From: a virus
Strand: one strand, 5' to 3'
DNA length: 49,863 nt
Virus genome (UHGV): UHGV-1522688
Positions 18,601 through 27,021 of the stretch are shown piece by piece. Numbering within the stretch: position 1 is the stretch's first letter; the number at the start of each line of letters is the position of its first letter. The notes under the pieces were generated by a model. It saw nothing but the letters and a program-made list of their open reading frames with translations. It had not been told where the DNA came from and made no database searches. Both the position numbers and the translations under genes were made by a program.

Positions 18601-18674
18601 TCCAGCTCGTTGCTGGCTGTTTTCAGGTCAGAAACATCGGCCCGTAAAGTAATCGAGGCGATCTGGTCAGTCAT
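15627..18674 (-). CDS. H: tail tape measure protein H
   Basis: 1015 aa, coiled-coil-rich, position between GT and M. Confidence 0.9.
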   Translation of the reverse strand: MTDQIASITLRADVSDLKTASNELDKLGEAAAGAVGKADDLNSVFRAGAESAKQGTEGIKEQQIALKGLLENIDPVNKALNRLDEQQAALRNFQTKGFLDTDDFQHYNKILDETRLKLTDTGEAAARAQAELAATQAAEKQSAALKNLLGSIDPTIRAFNSLDEQHAQLVAHFEAGRINGAQFEHFNTILNQTRERLSGVADVLPEALSRQEAAARRAGISVGQYSAAMRTLPAQFTDIATQLAGGQSPFLILLQQGGQIKDQFGGVQGALTGVGEYIRSMAGMINPTTIALAGLVGTVGLLATAAYSSSEQFDQVARSVIMMGGAGFSSMQKLNEAAEEVAGKTNTSISSTVDTLVTLNDTGKYTASQMKQIATSITLMGKAGSDTKTAMSDFGKIVSDPVKGLASLNEQYGFVDEAMMKHIIQLRKQKGEQAAVNEAINLFAGVMAKRAEETNRATDNIGQSWQWLKKTASDSFDDIGITVRAWGNQVIDIFNLVEASIKDLFLNITSLDSKFTGTIAGWAEKIPGGGAITDFLGMDVEAMKKAGAEADKEIAANKKRYDELWKRVTAPNAQASYEAEARGASVKGEGGSSRESRNAVSKLAEDSAKKTKEAKATLDAGDRTLENYRAQARTLTETLETLRQTGDIHAKNTEFSKQQSRFVELDEAAKTRALTAQEKSLLSSREAILNAAKVVDQKNKEVEAQQKINGLAQQANKYVTQMAEKSEALRSGSGLSSRMAQRMTEEAQLRQGWLNGGGKLEDAGYEKELAALRNYYAEEDKLRGDWKAGALSGWNEYLDAATNTYDAVKNVASSTLTGLGDMLTELMTTGKASVKEFGKSMLKMILDVTNRLMVAYAVQAAMGWISGGSVASAGGGQSFAVPSFTPNAKGGVYESPGLSKYVNGVYDSPQYFTFQGASKFAKGGVFAEAGEEAIMPLTRDSAGRLGVRAQGGGGAQPQVNIDIYVDNKGNATSNTSGDGGAAARALGKEIETKVTEILMRATRSDGLLGRQFQPK

Positions 18675-18961
18675 TATTTCGTCTCCTTATGCATTACCTT
18701 GAGAGCCTCGCTTTCCATAATCTGAAGGTCAGCCATGCAGGCCGCCGCATCCTCAACCCCGTGTAACTTAAACATCCAGGGGAGAACATTGTAATCAAGG
18801 CCGGTCGCCCCGCTCGCACCAACGCGCCATTGAGTCGCCAGTACAGAGAAGATGGTGAAGGCTTTCCATACCGACGGCAGGATCCCCACCTCTTCCTCCA
18901 CGTCCTCAGGCATCAAACCAAAAGCGCTCAACTCCGCGAGAGTCGGTCCCGGCGTGTACAA
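18674..18961 (-). CDS. T: T-frame extension of tail assembly chaperone (expressed as G-T fusion by -1 frameshift)
   Basis: ORF in -1 frame relative to G, overlapping G stop; joins at A AAA AAC heptamer. Confidence 0.6.
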   Translation of the reverse strand: MYTPGPTLAELSAFGLMPEDVEEEVGILPSVWKAFTIFSVLATQWRVGASGATGLDYNVLPWMFKLHGVEDAAACMADLQIMESEALKVMHKETK

Positions 18962-18978
18962 CGCTGCGGCGACCTGCC

Positions 18979-19317
18979 TCAGTTTTTTTCGCGGATACCC
19001 ATCAGTTCTTTGGTGTAGGCCAGACCGATGCTGTCGAAAGCGCGAGGATAGTTCTTCAGGAGGACAATTACGTTATCGCGAGTGAACTCGTCAGGCAGGG
19101 CCCAGCCTTCGACGATTTCCATCAAGTAATCGGCCTGCGGTTCGACGGGGGCTTTTTTACCTTCAGCTGATTTCTGCAACTTCTCATCCATTACGCGCAG
19201 CTCTTCGAGCGTCTTATGGCGGGAAGTGAAGGTCAGTTTGCCGTCTTCAGCGCCGGCGCGCGGGATGCTGGCGGTTACGGAAAAGGTAGGATTCGGGATC
19301 AGAGAGAATTTGGTCAT
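18979..19317 (-). CDS. G: tail assembly chaperone G
   Basis: 112 aa; position between V and H; frameshift architecture. Confidence 0.65.
   Translation of the reverse strand: MTKFSLIPNPTFSVTASIPRAGAEDGKLTFTSRHKTLEELRVMDEKLQKSAEGKKAPVEPQADYLMEIVEGWALPDEFTRDNVIVLLKNYPRAFDSIGLAYTKELMGIREKN
18982..18988 (-). promoter_or_regulatory. candidate -1 programmed ribosomal frameshift slippery heptamer (A AAA AAC) at end of G
   Basis: Minus strand reads ...CGC GAA AAA AAC TGA; shifting -1 continues KKLRQVAAALYTPGPTLAEL into the T frame. Confidence 0.55.
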
Positions 19318-19358
19318 GAAGTTATCTCAGAATGGCCCGGCGAACCGGGCATAATTGG

Positions 19359-20291
19359 TTAGCTGATAGTGACAACGCACGCAGCCGATGTGATGGTTTT
19401 GCCTGCGGCGTCGGTGACTTCGCAGGTGTAAGAGCCAGCATCACCGGATGCCACAGACGGGATGTTGAACGTCGAGGCCGTTTTGCCCGGAATGGCTGTG
19501 CCACCCTTCTTCCACACGTAGGTGTAAGGTGCTGAACCGCCCTGCATGACCACAGCCAGGTCCAGAGCTGAGCCAGTAGCAACAGATTTTGTTGGGGACA
19601 GGTCAGTCAGGAATGCCAGCGGCACAGCGGAGGAATCAGCGATCGGGTAAATCTGCATATCCGATTCGAAGTTCATGCGCGCTTCGTTACTTTCCACGGC
19701 ATTGATTTCGGTACGTGGTACCTTCTGGAAGGACACTTTGGCAGAGTAGTAGCGATCAGCTTTACCGCGTGGGTTATGGAACCATACCGCCGTAGTATCG
19801 CTCGACTCGTCGAGTTCAATCAGGCGTTTGTAGATAGCCAACTGCGGGTCATGAGCGAAAGTGTAGACCTGCACCACAGCGTTTTTAAACGTCGGGATAG
19901 TACGGGCCTTATCATCCTCCAGGAACTGGATGCTGATAGTCTGCTGGTCACCACCTTCGGTAGATAAGGTCATGACCTGAGGCATGGTGATCCACGAATC
20001 GATTTTACGAAGCGTACCCGCACCGGTACCTGCCGGAAATTTCGTGGTATCGGTGGTATCGAACGCTTCCAGCACGATTTTAGTACCGGTGACTGATTTG
20101 ACGCGCACCACCATGTTGTCGAGCTTCAGCCAGCCAGAGCTGACCTGGACGACATCACCCGCGAGGATGCCAGCCGCAGAGGCAACGGTCAGTTCGCATT
20201 CCGTTGCATTGGATGCCGCAGTGAAGACAATCGGCGCAAGATAGGCCTTGGCCACGTTTACACGCGACCCGTTAGGGATTGCGAATGCCAT
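19359..20291 (-). CDS. V: major tail protein V with C-terminal Ig-like domain
   Basis: 310 aa; C-terminal 'GSAPYTYVWKKGGTAIPGKTASTFNIPSVASGDAGSYTCEVTDAAG' is Big_2/Ig-like; strong SD. Confidence 0.85.
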   Translation of the reverse strand: MAFAIPNGSRVNVAKAYLAPIVFTAASNATECELTVASAAGILAGDVVQVSSGWLKLDNMVVRVKSVTGTKIVLEAFDTTDTTKFPAGTGAGTLRKIDSWITMPQVMTLSTEGGDQQTISIQFLEDDKARTIPTFKNAVVQVYTFAHDPQLAIYKRLIELDESSDTTAVWFHNPRGKADRYYSAKVSFQKVPRTEINAVESNEARMNFESDMQIYPIADSSAVPLAFLTDLSPTKSVATGSALDLAVVMQGGSAPYTYVWKKGGTAIPGKTASTFNIPSVASGDAGSYTCEVTDAAGKTITSAACVVTIS

Positions 20292-20306
20292 AGCATTCTC
20301 CTGAAT

Positions 20307-20786
20307 TTAAGTAATAAAAAACCCACCAGATAGTGGGCAGTAATCAGCGCGGTACTGCATGCTGACGGGGATGGAGTAGGTGATGGAGCCGCTGCTGCCG
20401 TTTGGTGCAGAGGTCGGACGGTCCTGTATTGGTGAACGAATCTGTGGCGGTCCGTTGATGTAAGTCGTGAGGTCACCATCCACCAGCGGTAGCCCTTCGG
20501 GGAAAGCGTCAGCGATGGACTGAGCCAGTCCTCTGGCCTGAGTCACGCCGCTACCCGCCGGAGCGATAATGTTGAGCTGGAGAATGCCCTGATAGGTTCG
20601 CAGTTGGCCTTCCATATCTTGCCCAACTGTTTGAGCCGGCAAGATGTAAACGCGCCCGTACGGCGCATTATTCGGAGGGGTGAACGCGATATTAGGCCAG
20701 GCGACAGGCAGACCGAGCGATGAGCAGATAACCGCGACACGGCTTTCCAGCAGGTCAGCGATCCGCATTGACTGTTCACCGACCAT
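20307..20786 (-). CDS. tail terminator / tail completion protein (U-like, by position)
   Basis: 159-aa ORF immediately upstream of V. Confidence 0.45.
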   Translation of the reverse strand: MVGEQSMRIADLLESRVAVICSSLGLPVAWPNIAFTPPNNAPYGRVYILPAQTVGQDMEGQLRTYQGILQLNIIAPAGSGVTQARGLAQSIADAFPEGLPLVDGDLTTYINGPPQIRSPIQDRPTSAPNGSSGSITYSIPVSMQYRADYCPLSGGFFIT

Positions 20787-21375
20787 TGCGCACCTCGCTC
20801 ATAGCCTCACGGAACAGCTGCGCGGCATCCAGCGCAGTTATGCCAACCATGCCGCCAGGCGCCTGTCCAGAATGCCCATTCTCCAGGGCTATGGCATAAG
20901 GCAGGTTATTGGTGAAGTAAATCGAATTAACCTGCCCTACTCTGAACACCTCCAGGACCTCCATTCCACGTGAGTTAGAACCCTGCCCGGACGCATCTGG
21001 CGTCTCGTTCGATTCGGTTGGCTGACTATCAAATCCCACGTACCAGTTATTTTTGAAACGGCCTCCAACATACCCATCAGGCTTTTTGATATCCATCGAG
21101 TCATTAACACGCAGCCCGCGCTTAAGTCGCCCTGACTTTGTGAGGTTGTCCGGGTCATCACGCAAAGCCGCGTTATGTTCCCGAACCGCAGTGTTGTAAG
21201 AGGTTGCCGTCTGGTTCACCTGCCAGATATCCGGCTGCCCGACGGGCGACATATCCACCAGCCGTCCGAGTATTTTGATACCTGTCCGGCGCACCACCTG
21301 GTCTATGTCCTCCTTTGAGCCATCGACGAACAGCTGAATAGCAGCCAGGAACGGCTGATTAGCAGTGTCAGCCAT
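20776..21375 (-). CDS. head-tail joining / tail completion protein (HK97 gp10-like or Z-like, by position)
   Basis: 199-aa ORF in head-tail connector block. Confidence 0.45.
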   Translation of the reverse strand: MADTANQPFLAAIQLFVDGSKEDIDQVVRRTGIKILGRLVDMSPVGQPDIWQVNQTATSYNTAVREHNAALRDDPDNLTKSGRLKRGLRVNDSMDIKKPDGYVGGRFKNNWYVGFDSQPTESNETPDASGQGSNSRGMEVLEVFRVGQVNSIYFTNNLPYAIALENGHSGQAPGGMVGITALDAAQLFREAMSEVRNGR

Positions 21376-21377
21376 AG

Positions 21378-21728
21378 TTACGCCCTCAGTTGGATGTTGT
21401 AGGAGATCAGTACATCAGCAGGCTTGACCGCATTCGGCTGCACCACGCGCCATTTCTTGCCGTCGATTTCGATGCGGTCATCGATACGCACTTCCGTTTC
21501 GAACGTGGCTGCCAGTTTTTTATCGCCCGTGGCGATCAGGGAACCGTCGATTTCTCGGGATGAGTATTCGGTGATAACGCCGGTGACGGTTGCTGTTACT
21601 GCAGGTGTTGTGACTTCCTTGCCGAACTGATCTCGAATGGCGCTTCCGCCGCGGGTTAGTTGGTATGCCTTCCCGTTCTCGGTCAGCAGCCGGGTTGCGG
21701 TCGCGCGCATGCGCAGATAGCTAATTGC
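21378..21728 (-). CDS. head-tail adaptor / head closure protein (by position)
   Basis: Start taken at MAISYLRMRATATRL (117 aa); ORF track offers longer N-extension overlapping upstream gene. Confidence 0.45.
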   Translation of the reverse strand, partial: AISYLRMRATATRLLTENGKAYQLTRGGSAIRDQFGKEVTTPAVTATVTGVITEYSSREIDGSLIATGDKKLAATFETEVRIDDRIEIDGKKWRVVQPNAVKPADVLISYNIQLRA

Positions 21729-21732
21729 CATA

Positions 21733-22215
21733 TCAGCCCCTTTCGATACGGATCTGATTGCCGCCGACCACCAGCCCGCGCAGCGAGGAATAGAACCAAG
21801 GGAATGACGGCGCCGCCTTGTTGGTGCCCACTTCATACTGAACAGTCACAGCACCCTCGACACGTTCCATCGTCACCGCACCACCACCGGCAACCGAAGG
21901 CATTAAGTCAATCTCCTGCGACTCGATAGCCATGCGGCACTGCGCGTCAACCAACCGCTGTGGGATAGCATCATCCGGCAGGTCAACACCATCGAAGCGA
22001 ACGCCAGAGCGAGGCCAAGATAGCGGCTGTGAAGCAACGCTGCGCTGCCCGCGCCATGACTTACCTTCCAGATAATCCATCGCCTGCATCAGCATCTGGT
22101 CGCACTCAGCATCATCGGTAGGTACGGTATATCCGCGCCCCGCTGCGAACGCACGCAGGTCAATAACGCCAGCGTAGGTGTTAAAGTCTGGCGAATGAGG
22201 ATCGGCCACCAGCAT
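21733..22215 (-). CDS. head-tail connector / DNA packaging-associated protein (by position)
   Basis: 160-aa ORF downstream of capsid gene. Confidence 0.45.
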   Translation of the reverse strand: MLVADPHSPDFNTYAGVIDLRAFAAGRGYTVPTDDAECDQMLMQAMDYLEGKSWRGQRSVASQPLSWPRSGVRFDGVDLPDDAIPQRLVDAQCRMAIESQEIDLMPSVAGGGAVTMERVEGAVTVQYEVGTNKAAPSFPWFYSSLRGLVVGGNQIRIERG

Positions 22216-22217
22216 GG

Positions 22218-22439
22218 TTATTCCTCCAGACGCCAGTCCAGCGCCAACCAGTTATCCACTTCGGCAGGGTGAACCTCAGCACTCAGCGGACCGTTGGGAA
22301 ACTCTGGAATATCACGCACCATGACAACCAACTCAATACCAGGCTGTTCCTGCTGGGCAGGCGCATGTTCAGCGCCGTTCTGCGCAGCAAGCTTTTCAGC
22401 CTCACGCAGCGCGCGCTGCTCTTTGGTCAATCCGGCCAT
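22218..22439 (-). CDS. hypothetical small phage head protein
   Basis: 73-aa ORF between capsid and connector genes. Confidence 0.4.
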   Translation of the reverse strand: MAGLTKEQRALREAEKLAAQNGAEHAPAQQEQPGIELVVMVRDIPEFPNGPLSAEVHPAEVDNWLALDWRLEE

Positions 22440-22478
22440 TGGGCCTCCTGAATAACAAAGGGGCCAAAGCCCCTGCGG

Positions 22479-23615
22479 TTAGCCCATGATGATGGCGGAA
22501 TGCTCTTCCTGAACAGATGCAACGCCCCACGCCACACCGACTTCGTAACGCACCTGACGGTACTGACGGTACAGAGCGATCTGGAAGGTGATGCCAGAGA
22601 CAGGATCGGTTACGTTCATCACATCGTCAGCGGTATCACCGCCTTTTGGCATGGCAGGAGTACGGCAAGCCAGCAAAAATGCGTTACGGTCAAAGGCAAC
22701 GTTTGGCGCGAACTCGCTCAGCACAGTGACAGTTGCCTGGTCCGCCAGATCCTGACGCAGGCCCGGTGCGCCAATGGTGATGCTCGATGAGGTTGCAGCA
22801 ACGACCATGTACTGGTTGTCATCACCGTCGAACTTCACCGCTGTGCCTACAGCGATCCCACCAGTACCAGCAGAGATAGCAACAATGATGTCTCCCTCTT
22901 TCTTCGCGCCGTTGACCTTGTAGCCAGCCGCAGTGCTTTTCGCGGTACGCTTGATGTTGGCGGATTCATGCAGGTTAAAGCCCATCACTCGACCGATGAT
23001 GCCTTCGCGCAGCAACTGATCGGTACCGGCTTCGTTTGCTTTGAACAGTACGGACTGCTTACCACGAATGGATGCCATCGCTTCGCCACCCAGTACCATG
23101 CGCAGGTCAGTAGTTGGTGCGCCGTTATCCACCAAAATCTGGCGGGCCAGCGCAGCATCGGATAGATCGTCTTTTACGCTGAACGGGGTATTTTTCGGCG
23201 TTCCGACGGCGCGGGAAGATTTGTAGGCCAGCGCCGCCAGGTCAGCATCCATTTCGTTGCTCAGTGCGCGGAAGGCCTGAGAGAACTGGTCAGCCAGGAC
23301 AATGTCATAGGTACCTGATGGCCCGATAGCAAGCTGTTCTTCACCATTCCATTTGACTGGGGCCATTTTAGATTTGGTGATTTTGACGTCCACGGTACCG
23401 ATGTTCTGATCGCCGTCGTTTGGCGCGGTTGCCGCCGGGGTGATATCAACGGTGGAGGTTTTCGGTGCAACGGGCGCGGTCACGGTCTGGTCTTTAGCTG
23501 CGGCATCGGCCTTAGCGTTACGGGCAACCGCCGGGATAAAGCCCACCTGCTCGCGGGATACGCGATTAAGCGCGGTGAAGATGGTTGGGATGAGGCCAGT
23601 AAGAGTATTGGACAT
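22479..23615 (-). CDS. major capsid protein
   Basis: 378 aa, downstream of scaffold gene, upstream terminator-less tight packing; composition typical of HK97-fold coat proteins. Confidence 0.75.
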   Translation of the reverse strand: MSNTLTGLIPTIFTALNRVSREQVGFIPAVARNAKADAAAKDQTVTAPVAPKTSTVDITPAATAPNDGDQNIGTVDVKITKSKMAPVKWNGEEQLAIGPSGTYDIVLADQFSQAFRALSNEMDADLAALAYKSSRAVGTPKNTPFSVKDDLSDAALARQILVDNGAPTTDLRMVLGGEAMASIRGKQSVLFKANEAGTDQLLREGIIGRVMGFNLHESANIKRTAKSTAAGYKVNGAKKEGDIIVAISAGTGGIAVGTAVKFDGDDNQYMVVAATSSSITIGAPGLRQDLADQATVTVLSEFAPNVAFDRNAFLLACRTPAMPKGGDTADDVMNVTDPVSGITFQIALYRQYRQVRYEVGVAWGVASVQEEHSAIIMG

Positions 23616-23631
23616 TCAAGTTTCCTTTCGA

Positions 23632-24423
23632 TTAATCAACGATGCTCGTGCCACCGCCAATGACCGTTTGTTGTTCAACTGGCGGTAAGGCGTCGAAAGC
23701 AGCGCGTTTCATGGTTTTCTGCCCGGCCTGATGCTGCGACTGGTGAGAGCCACCGCCGCTGTTGCCGGACGATTTGAGGATGTAGTCTTTCTGCGGATGC
23801 AACTCGACCAGCGATTCCAGCGCTTCATCGAAGCTGGCCAGTTCGCCAGGCTTGGTGCGGGAGAACACCTTGTTGCCCTGCCCGTCGTAGGCCACGACCT
23901 TGCCGTCTTCGATTTTGAAGTTCTGCCCGAAGTGAGAACGCACGAACTCAGCCGGGATCGCCATCTTCTCGGAGATGAACTTCGAACCGCCGAAGCGGCT
24001 GCAGATCATCTCGTTGTAGAGTTGGGTTTCCAGTTTCTGGTTCTTGCCGTTCGCTTCGTCCAGTTGCTGCTGGAAGACCTTGGTGATCTCAGCCTTCACC
24101 TGGTCAACGGCGCCAGCATCGATCAGTTTCTTCTGGTCGATTTTGGTCACCATCTCCAGGGCTTCGAGCGCCTTGGTCGGGTCGGTGATGCCAGCGAATT
24201 TCGCGAGACCGGCTTCCGCTGTTTCCTTCGCCTCACGGTGAGTTTTGGCTTCACTATTCAGGGAGGTAATTTTGGTCATCGCTGCGACCGCGTCGAACGG
24301 AATCTCTTTGCCGTCGTCATGGACGTACACAGGCATACCGTTTTCAACGACCACATTTCCGTTAACATCGAGTTTGAGTTTCATTGTTTTGCTCCAGCCT
24401 TCCGGCCATTGGTAGTGGGTCAT
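23632..24423 (-). CDS. scaffolding protein
   Basis: 263 aa, helical/charged, between head morphogenesis and capsid genes (alternative start MKLKLDV). Confidence 0.6.
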   Translation of the reverse strand: MTHYQWPEGWSKTMKLKLDVNGNVVVENGMPVYVHDDGKEIPFDAVAAMTKITSLNSEAKTHREAKETAEAGLAKFAGITDPTKALEALEMVTKIDQKKLIDAGAVDQVKAEITKVFQQQLDEANGKNQKLETQLYNEMICSRFGGSKFISEKMAIPAEFVRSHFGQNFKIEDGKVVAYDGQGNKVFSRTKPGELASFDEALESLVELHPQKDYILKSSGNSGGGSHQSQHQAGQKTMKRAAFDALPPVEQQTVIGGGTSIVD

Positions 24424-24508
24424 CCGACCCGGTCACCGCGTCGCATCCGCTCAGCGGCAGGCATAAAAAAGGCCACCCGAAGGCAGCCTGATGTTGATTA
24501 GGTTTACG

Positions 24509-25612
24509 TTACTCGAATGCCGACGCATCCACACGGCGCAGTTCCTCCAGGGTCATGAACTCCCCTGCATCGTTGAACAATTCCGGCACAGTGATTTTAC
24601 CGTCACGCAGCATCTGCGCACGGGTGACGCCCAGCACCTGCTCCTGTCGCGCGTACGGCTGCCGGGTAAGCCAGTCGGCATAGCTGGTATGCGCTGGTAC
24701 CTGCCCGTCCATTGACGCGCGAGTGGCGTTGCTCAGCTCGCCAGAGGGTATCTGCAATTCCTCCCACGATTTGGTGATCAGGATTTCGCCGGAGCGGCAG
24801 CAGAAGTGGATTTTGCCGGGGCCGCGCAGATACGGGATTGCATGGCCCAGCGGCCTGCCGTCAAGAGTGTAGAGCTTGCGGTCTCGAATGATGCACCACT
24901 GACTGGTATGCGTATCCAGCGTGGATGACCATTGCTTAGCCTTGACGATATCGCTGTTGGCCTGGGCGAACTCCTGGCGCGCCGTTGCGGCCATATGATT
25001 CACCGCGGTGCGGGTCACCACTGCCAGGTCACGGCGAGAAGTGTTAATAATTCCGTTCTGGCGGTTAAGTTGCGGCGTGCCGGCGACGCGCTTCACGATC
25101 TGCTCGACGGTTTCACCCTGAAGAAATCCGGAACGCACGGCATTGGTGATTTTATCCAGCCGGTCGGCTTCAAGCTTCTGTCCCCACTCTTTTAGCAATC
25201 GCCCCTGAAACGGCTGCGCTGCTGCAGCGGCGTAGACCTGCTCTGATGCGATGCTCTGCAGCGGAACGTGCTTCAGGATCTGCTTAGGAATGATGCTGCT
25301 GAACAGGTCAATCTGATACCCGGTCTCATACTCAACGTAGCGCGTCAGCTCGCGAGCCAGCGCCTCGTTAACTGGCCCATAGGCCTGCTGGTTCAGGTCA
25401 CGCACACCAGTCAGCAGAGAAGCCAGGCGGCGGGCGCTGTAGGTATCCGCCCGCTTGCCGTCCAGCAGCACTAACAGTTTCGCGGCTAGTTCTGCATCCA
25501 GTTTGTTCAGCAGCGCCACCATGCGTCGGGCGACGCTTGTGCCGTAGCGCGTCACATACAGGCCGTGAGCAATGGTCTCGTCCTGCAGGCGGTCATTGAC
25601 GGAGCGCACCAT
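24509..25612 (-). CDS. phage head morphogenesis protein (SPP1 gp7 / Mu F-like)
   Basis: 367 aa immediately downstream of portal; sequence pattern of minor head protein family. Confidence 0.7.
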   Translation of the reverse strand: MVRSVNDRLQDETIAHGLYVTRYGTSVARRMVALLNKLDAELAAKLLVLLDGKRADTYSARRLASLLTGVRDLNQQAYGPVNEALARELTRYVEYETGYQIDLFSSIIPKQILKHVPLQSIASEQVYAAAAAQPFQGRLLKEWGQKLEADRLDKITNAVRSGFLQGETVEQIVKRVAGTPQLNRQNGIINTSRRDLAVVTRTAVNHMAATARQEFAQANSDIVKAKQWSSTLDTHTSQWCIIRDRKLYTLDGRPLGHAIPYLRGPGKIHFCCRSGEILITKSWEELQIPSGELSNATRASMDGQVPAHTSYADWLTRQPYARQEQVLGVTRAQMLRDGKITVPELFNDAGEFMTLEELRRVDASAFE

Positions 25613-25613
25613 G

Positions 25614-27017
25614 TCACACCTCGTCCGGTGGTGGTTCGGTCAGCGAAGATGACTCTGTCAATAGCTCGCTCAGCACCAAATCGGGATCCGCATCAGCATC
25701 AATAAGGTTGAGCTTCTGCAGGGCTTTAATCGCATCGATACGGCGGAGGTCACCACCCTGACGCAGTGACTGAATAGCCAGCGCAGCAGGCGGGTTGAAC
25801 TCTTTCGACTCTACATCCAGTTCAGTGCGGACATCGACGTTGCCACCCTCCTTCTCGCCGATGTACTCAGCCATGATTTGCAGGATGTTGTCGATCGCAT
25901 CTTCCAGGCTGGTTGCCATGGTGTAGAGCGGCGACTGTTCCTGCATTTTCTCTTCCGAGGTCTGGTCTACGGACTTGGTTGAAGTGTTGTCGGTGCGCAG
26001 CAGCTTTGCGCCCGCCTGGCGCATCTGCTCTACCAGGTCGGTTAGGGACTCTTTACCAGCACTGATCGAAGTACCTGTGTGTTCGACGTATTCAAGCCCC
26101 TGTTTCTGTCGATCGGAGAATTGAGTTGCAGACGAAGAACCGATAACCAACTCTTGCCCCTCCTCCAGTCCGAATACTGTTAGTAGCGGCACCCGCGCGA
26201 CGTGCAGGATGTTGTCCTGCTCACTCTGGCTCTGCCAATGCTTGATGTTCAGCAGCGCCATGTTCAGCAGCGGCGGAGAAGCGCACATAAACCCGGTGCG
26301 CTTGGTGTAGAGCGTTACCAAGGTGATATCCCTGCGAGAGGTTTGCCATTCGTCGTGTAACGCCCAGGTGGCCTGCCCTTCTGCACCGGTAGACTTCCGG
26401 TAAATCTGCACCATGCCCGGCGTCAGGAGGCGGATCTGTTCGACTTTCGTCTGCCCGAAGTCATCGCCATCCTCGACAATCACCTCTTTGATGCGCAGCT
26501 CGGTCAATACGACCTTGCCGCCGGTCATCTTAGATTTCCAGCCGATCAGCTGTCGGGGATTCAGCATCGTTACGTACGGTCGTGCGCCAGTGGCTTTCTC
26601 ATCCGCCTTGGTCTTCACTTGCTCGGCGTCCACCCGGGGGTAGTCCACCAGCGCATGGGAAAGCCCATACTGCATCGCCAGGCTGAAGAACGACTGCGCC
26701 CATACATCCAGGCGGGTGCCTTCAAGGTCCACGTCTTTTGCGAACTCGCGCAGCTGATCTGGGACGTTCTCGCCCAATTGGATGGGTTCAGCAAATACGC
26801 GCCCAACATTCTGGTTGATCGTCTCTTCGTAGGCAGGGAGAAGCGTGGCCACTGCCAGGCGCTTTTTGTAATCCTCTTTATCTTCCTTCGGCCAGCGCGG
26901 CAGATAGGCCTCACCCAGCTGACGCATGTACAGCGTGCCGCCCATCAGGGCGTCGTTAATGTCCCACGCCTGCACCATGTTCCCATAGTCCAGATTGGGT
27001 GTTGAAATATCAGGCAT
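25614..27017 (-). CDS. portal protein
   Basis: Start taken at MPDISTPNLDYGN just after terminase stop; ~468 aa; position. Confidence 0.8.
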   Translation of the reverse strand: MPDISTPNLDYGNMVQAWDINDALMGGTLYMRQLGEAYLPRWPKEDKEDYKKRLAVATLLPAYEETINQNVGRVFAEPIQLGENVPDQLREFAKDVDLEGTRLDVWAQSFFSLAMQYGLSHALVDYPRVDAEQVKTKADEKATGARPYVTMLNPRQLIGWKSKMTGGKVVLTELRIKEVIVEDGDDFGQTKVEQIRLLTPGMVQIYRKSTGAEGQATWALHDEWQTSRRDITLVTLYTKRTGFMCASPPLLNMALLNIKHWQSQSEQDNILHVARVPLLTVFGLEEGQELVIGSSSATQFSDRQKQGLEYVEHTGTSISAGKESLTDLVEQMRQAGAKLLRTDNTSTKSVDQTSEEKMQEQSPLYTMATSLEDAIDNILQIMAEYIGEKEGGNVDVRTELDVESKEFNPPAALAIQSLRQGGDLRRIDAIKALQKLNLIDADADPDLVLSELLTESSSLTEPPPDEV

Positions 27018-27021
27018 GGAG

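Noticed and set aside
23731-24501. 256-aa plus-strand ORF
   Set aside because: Antisense to the scaffold and head-morphogenesis junction; no independent support
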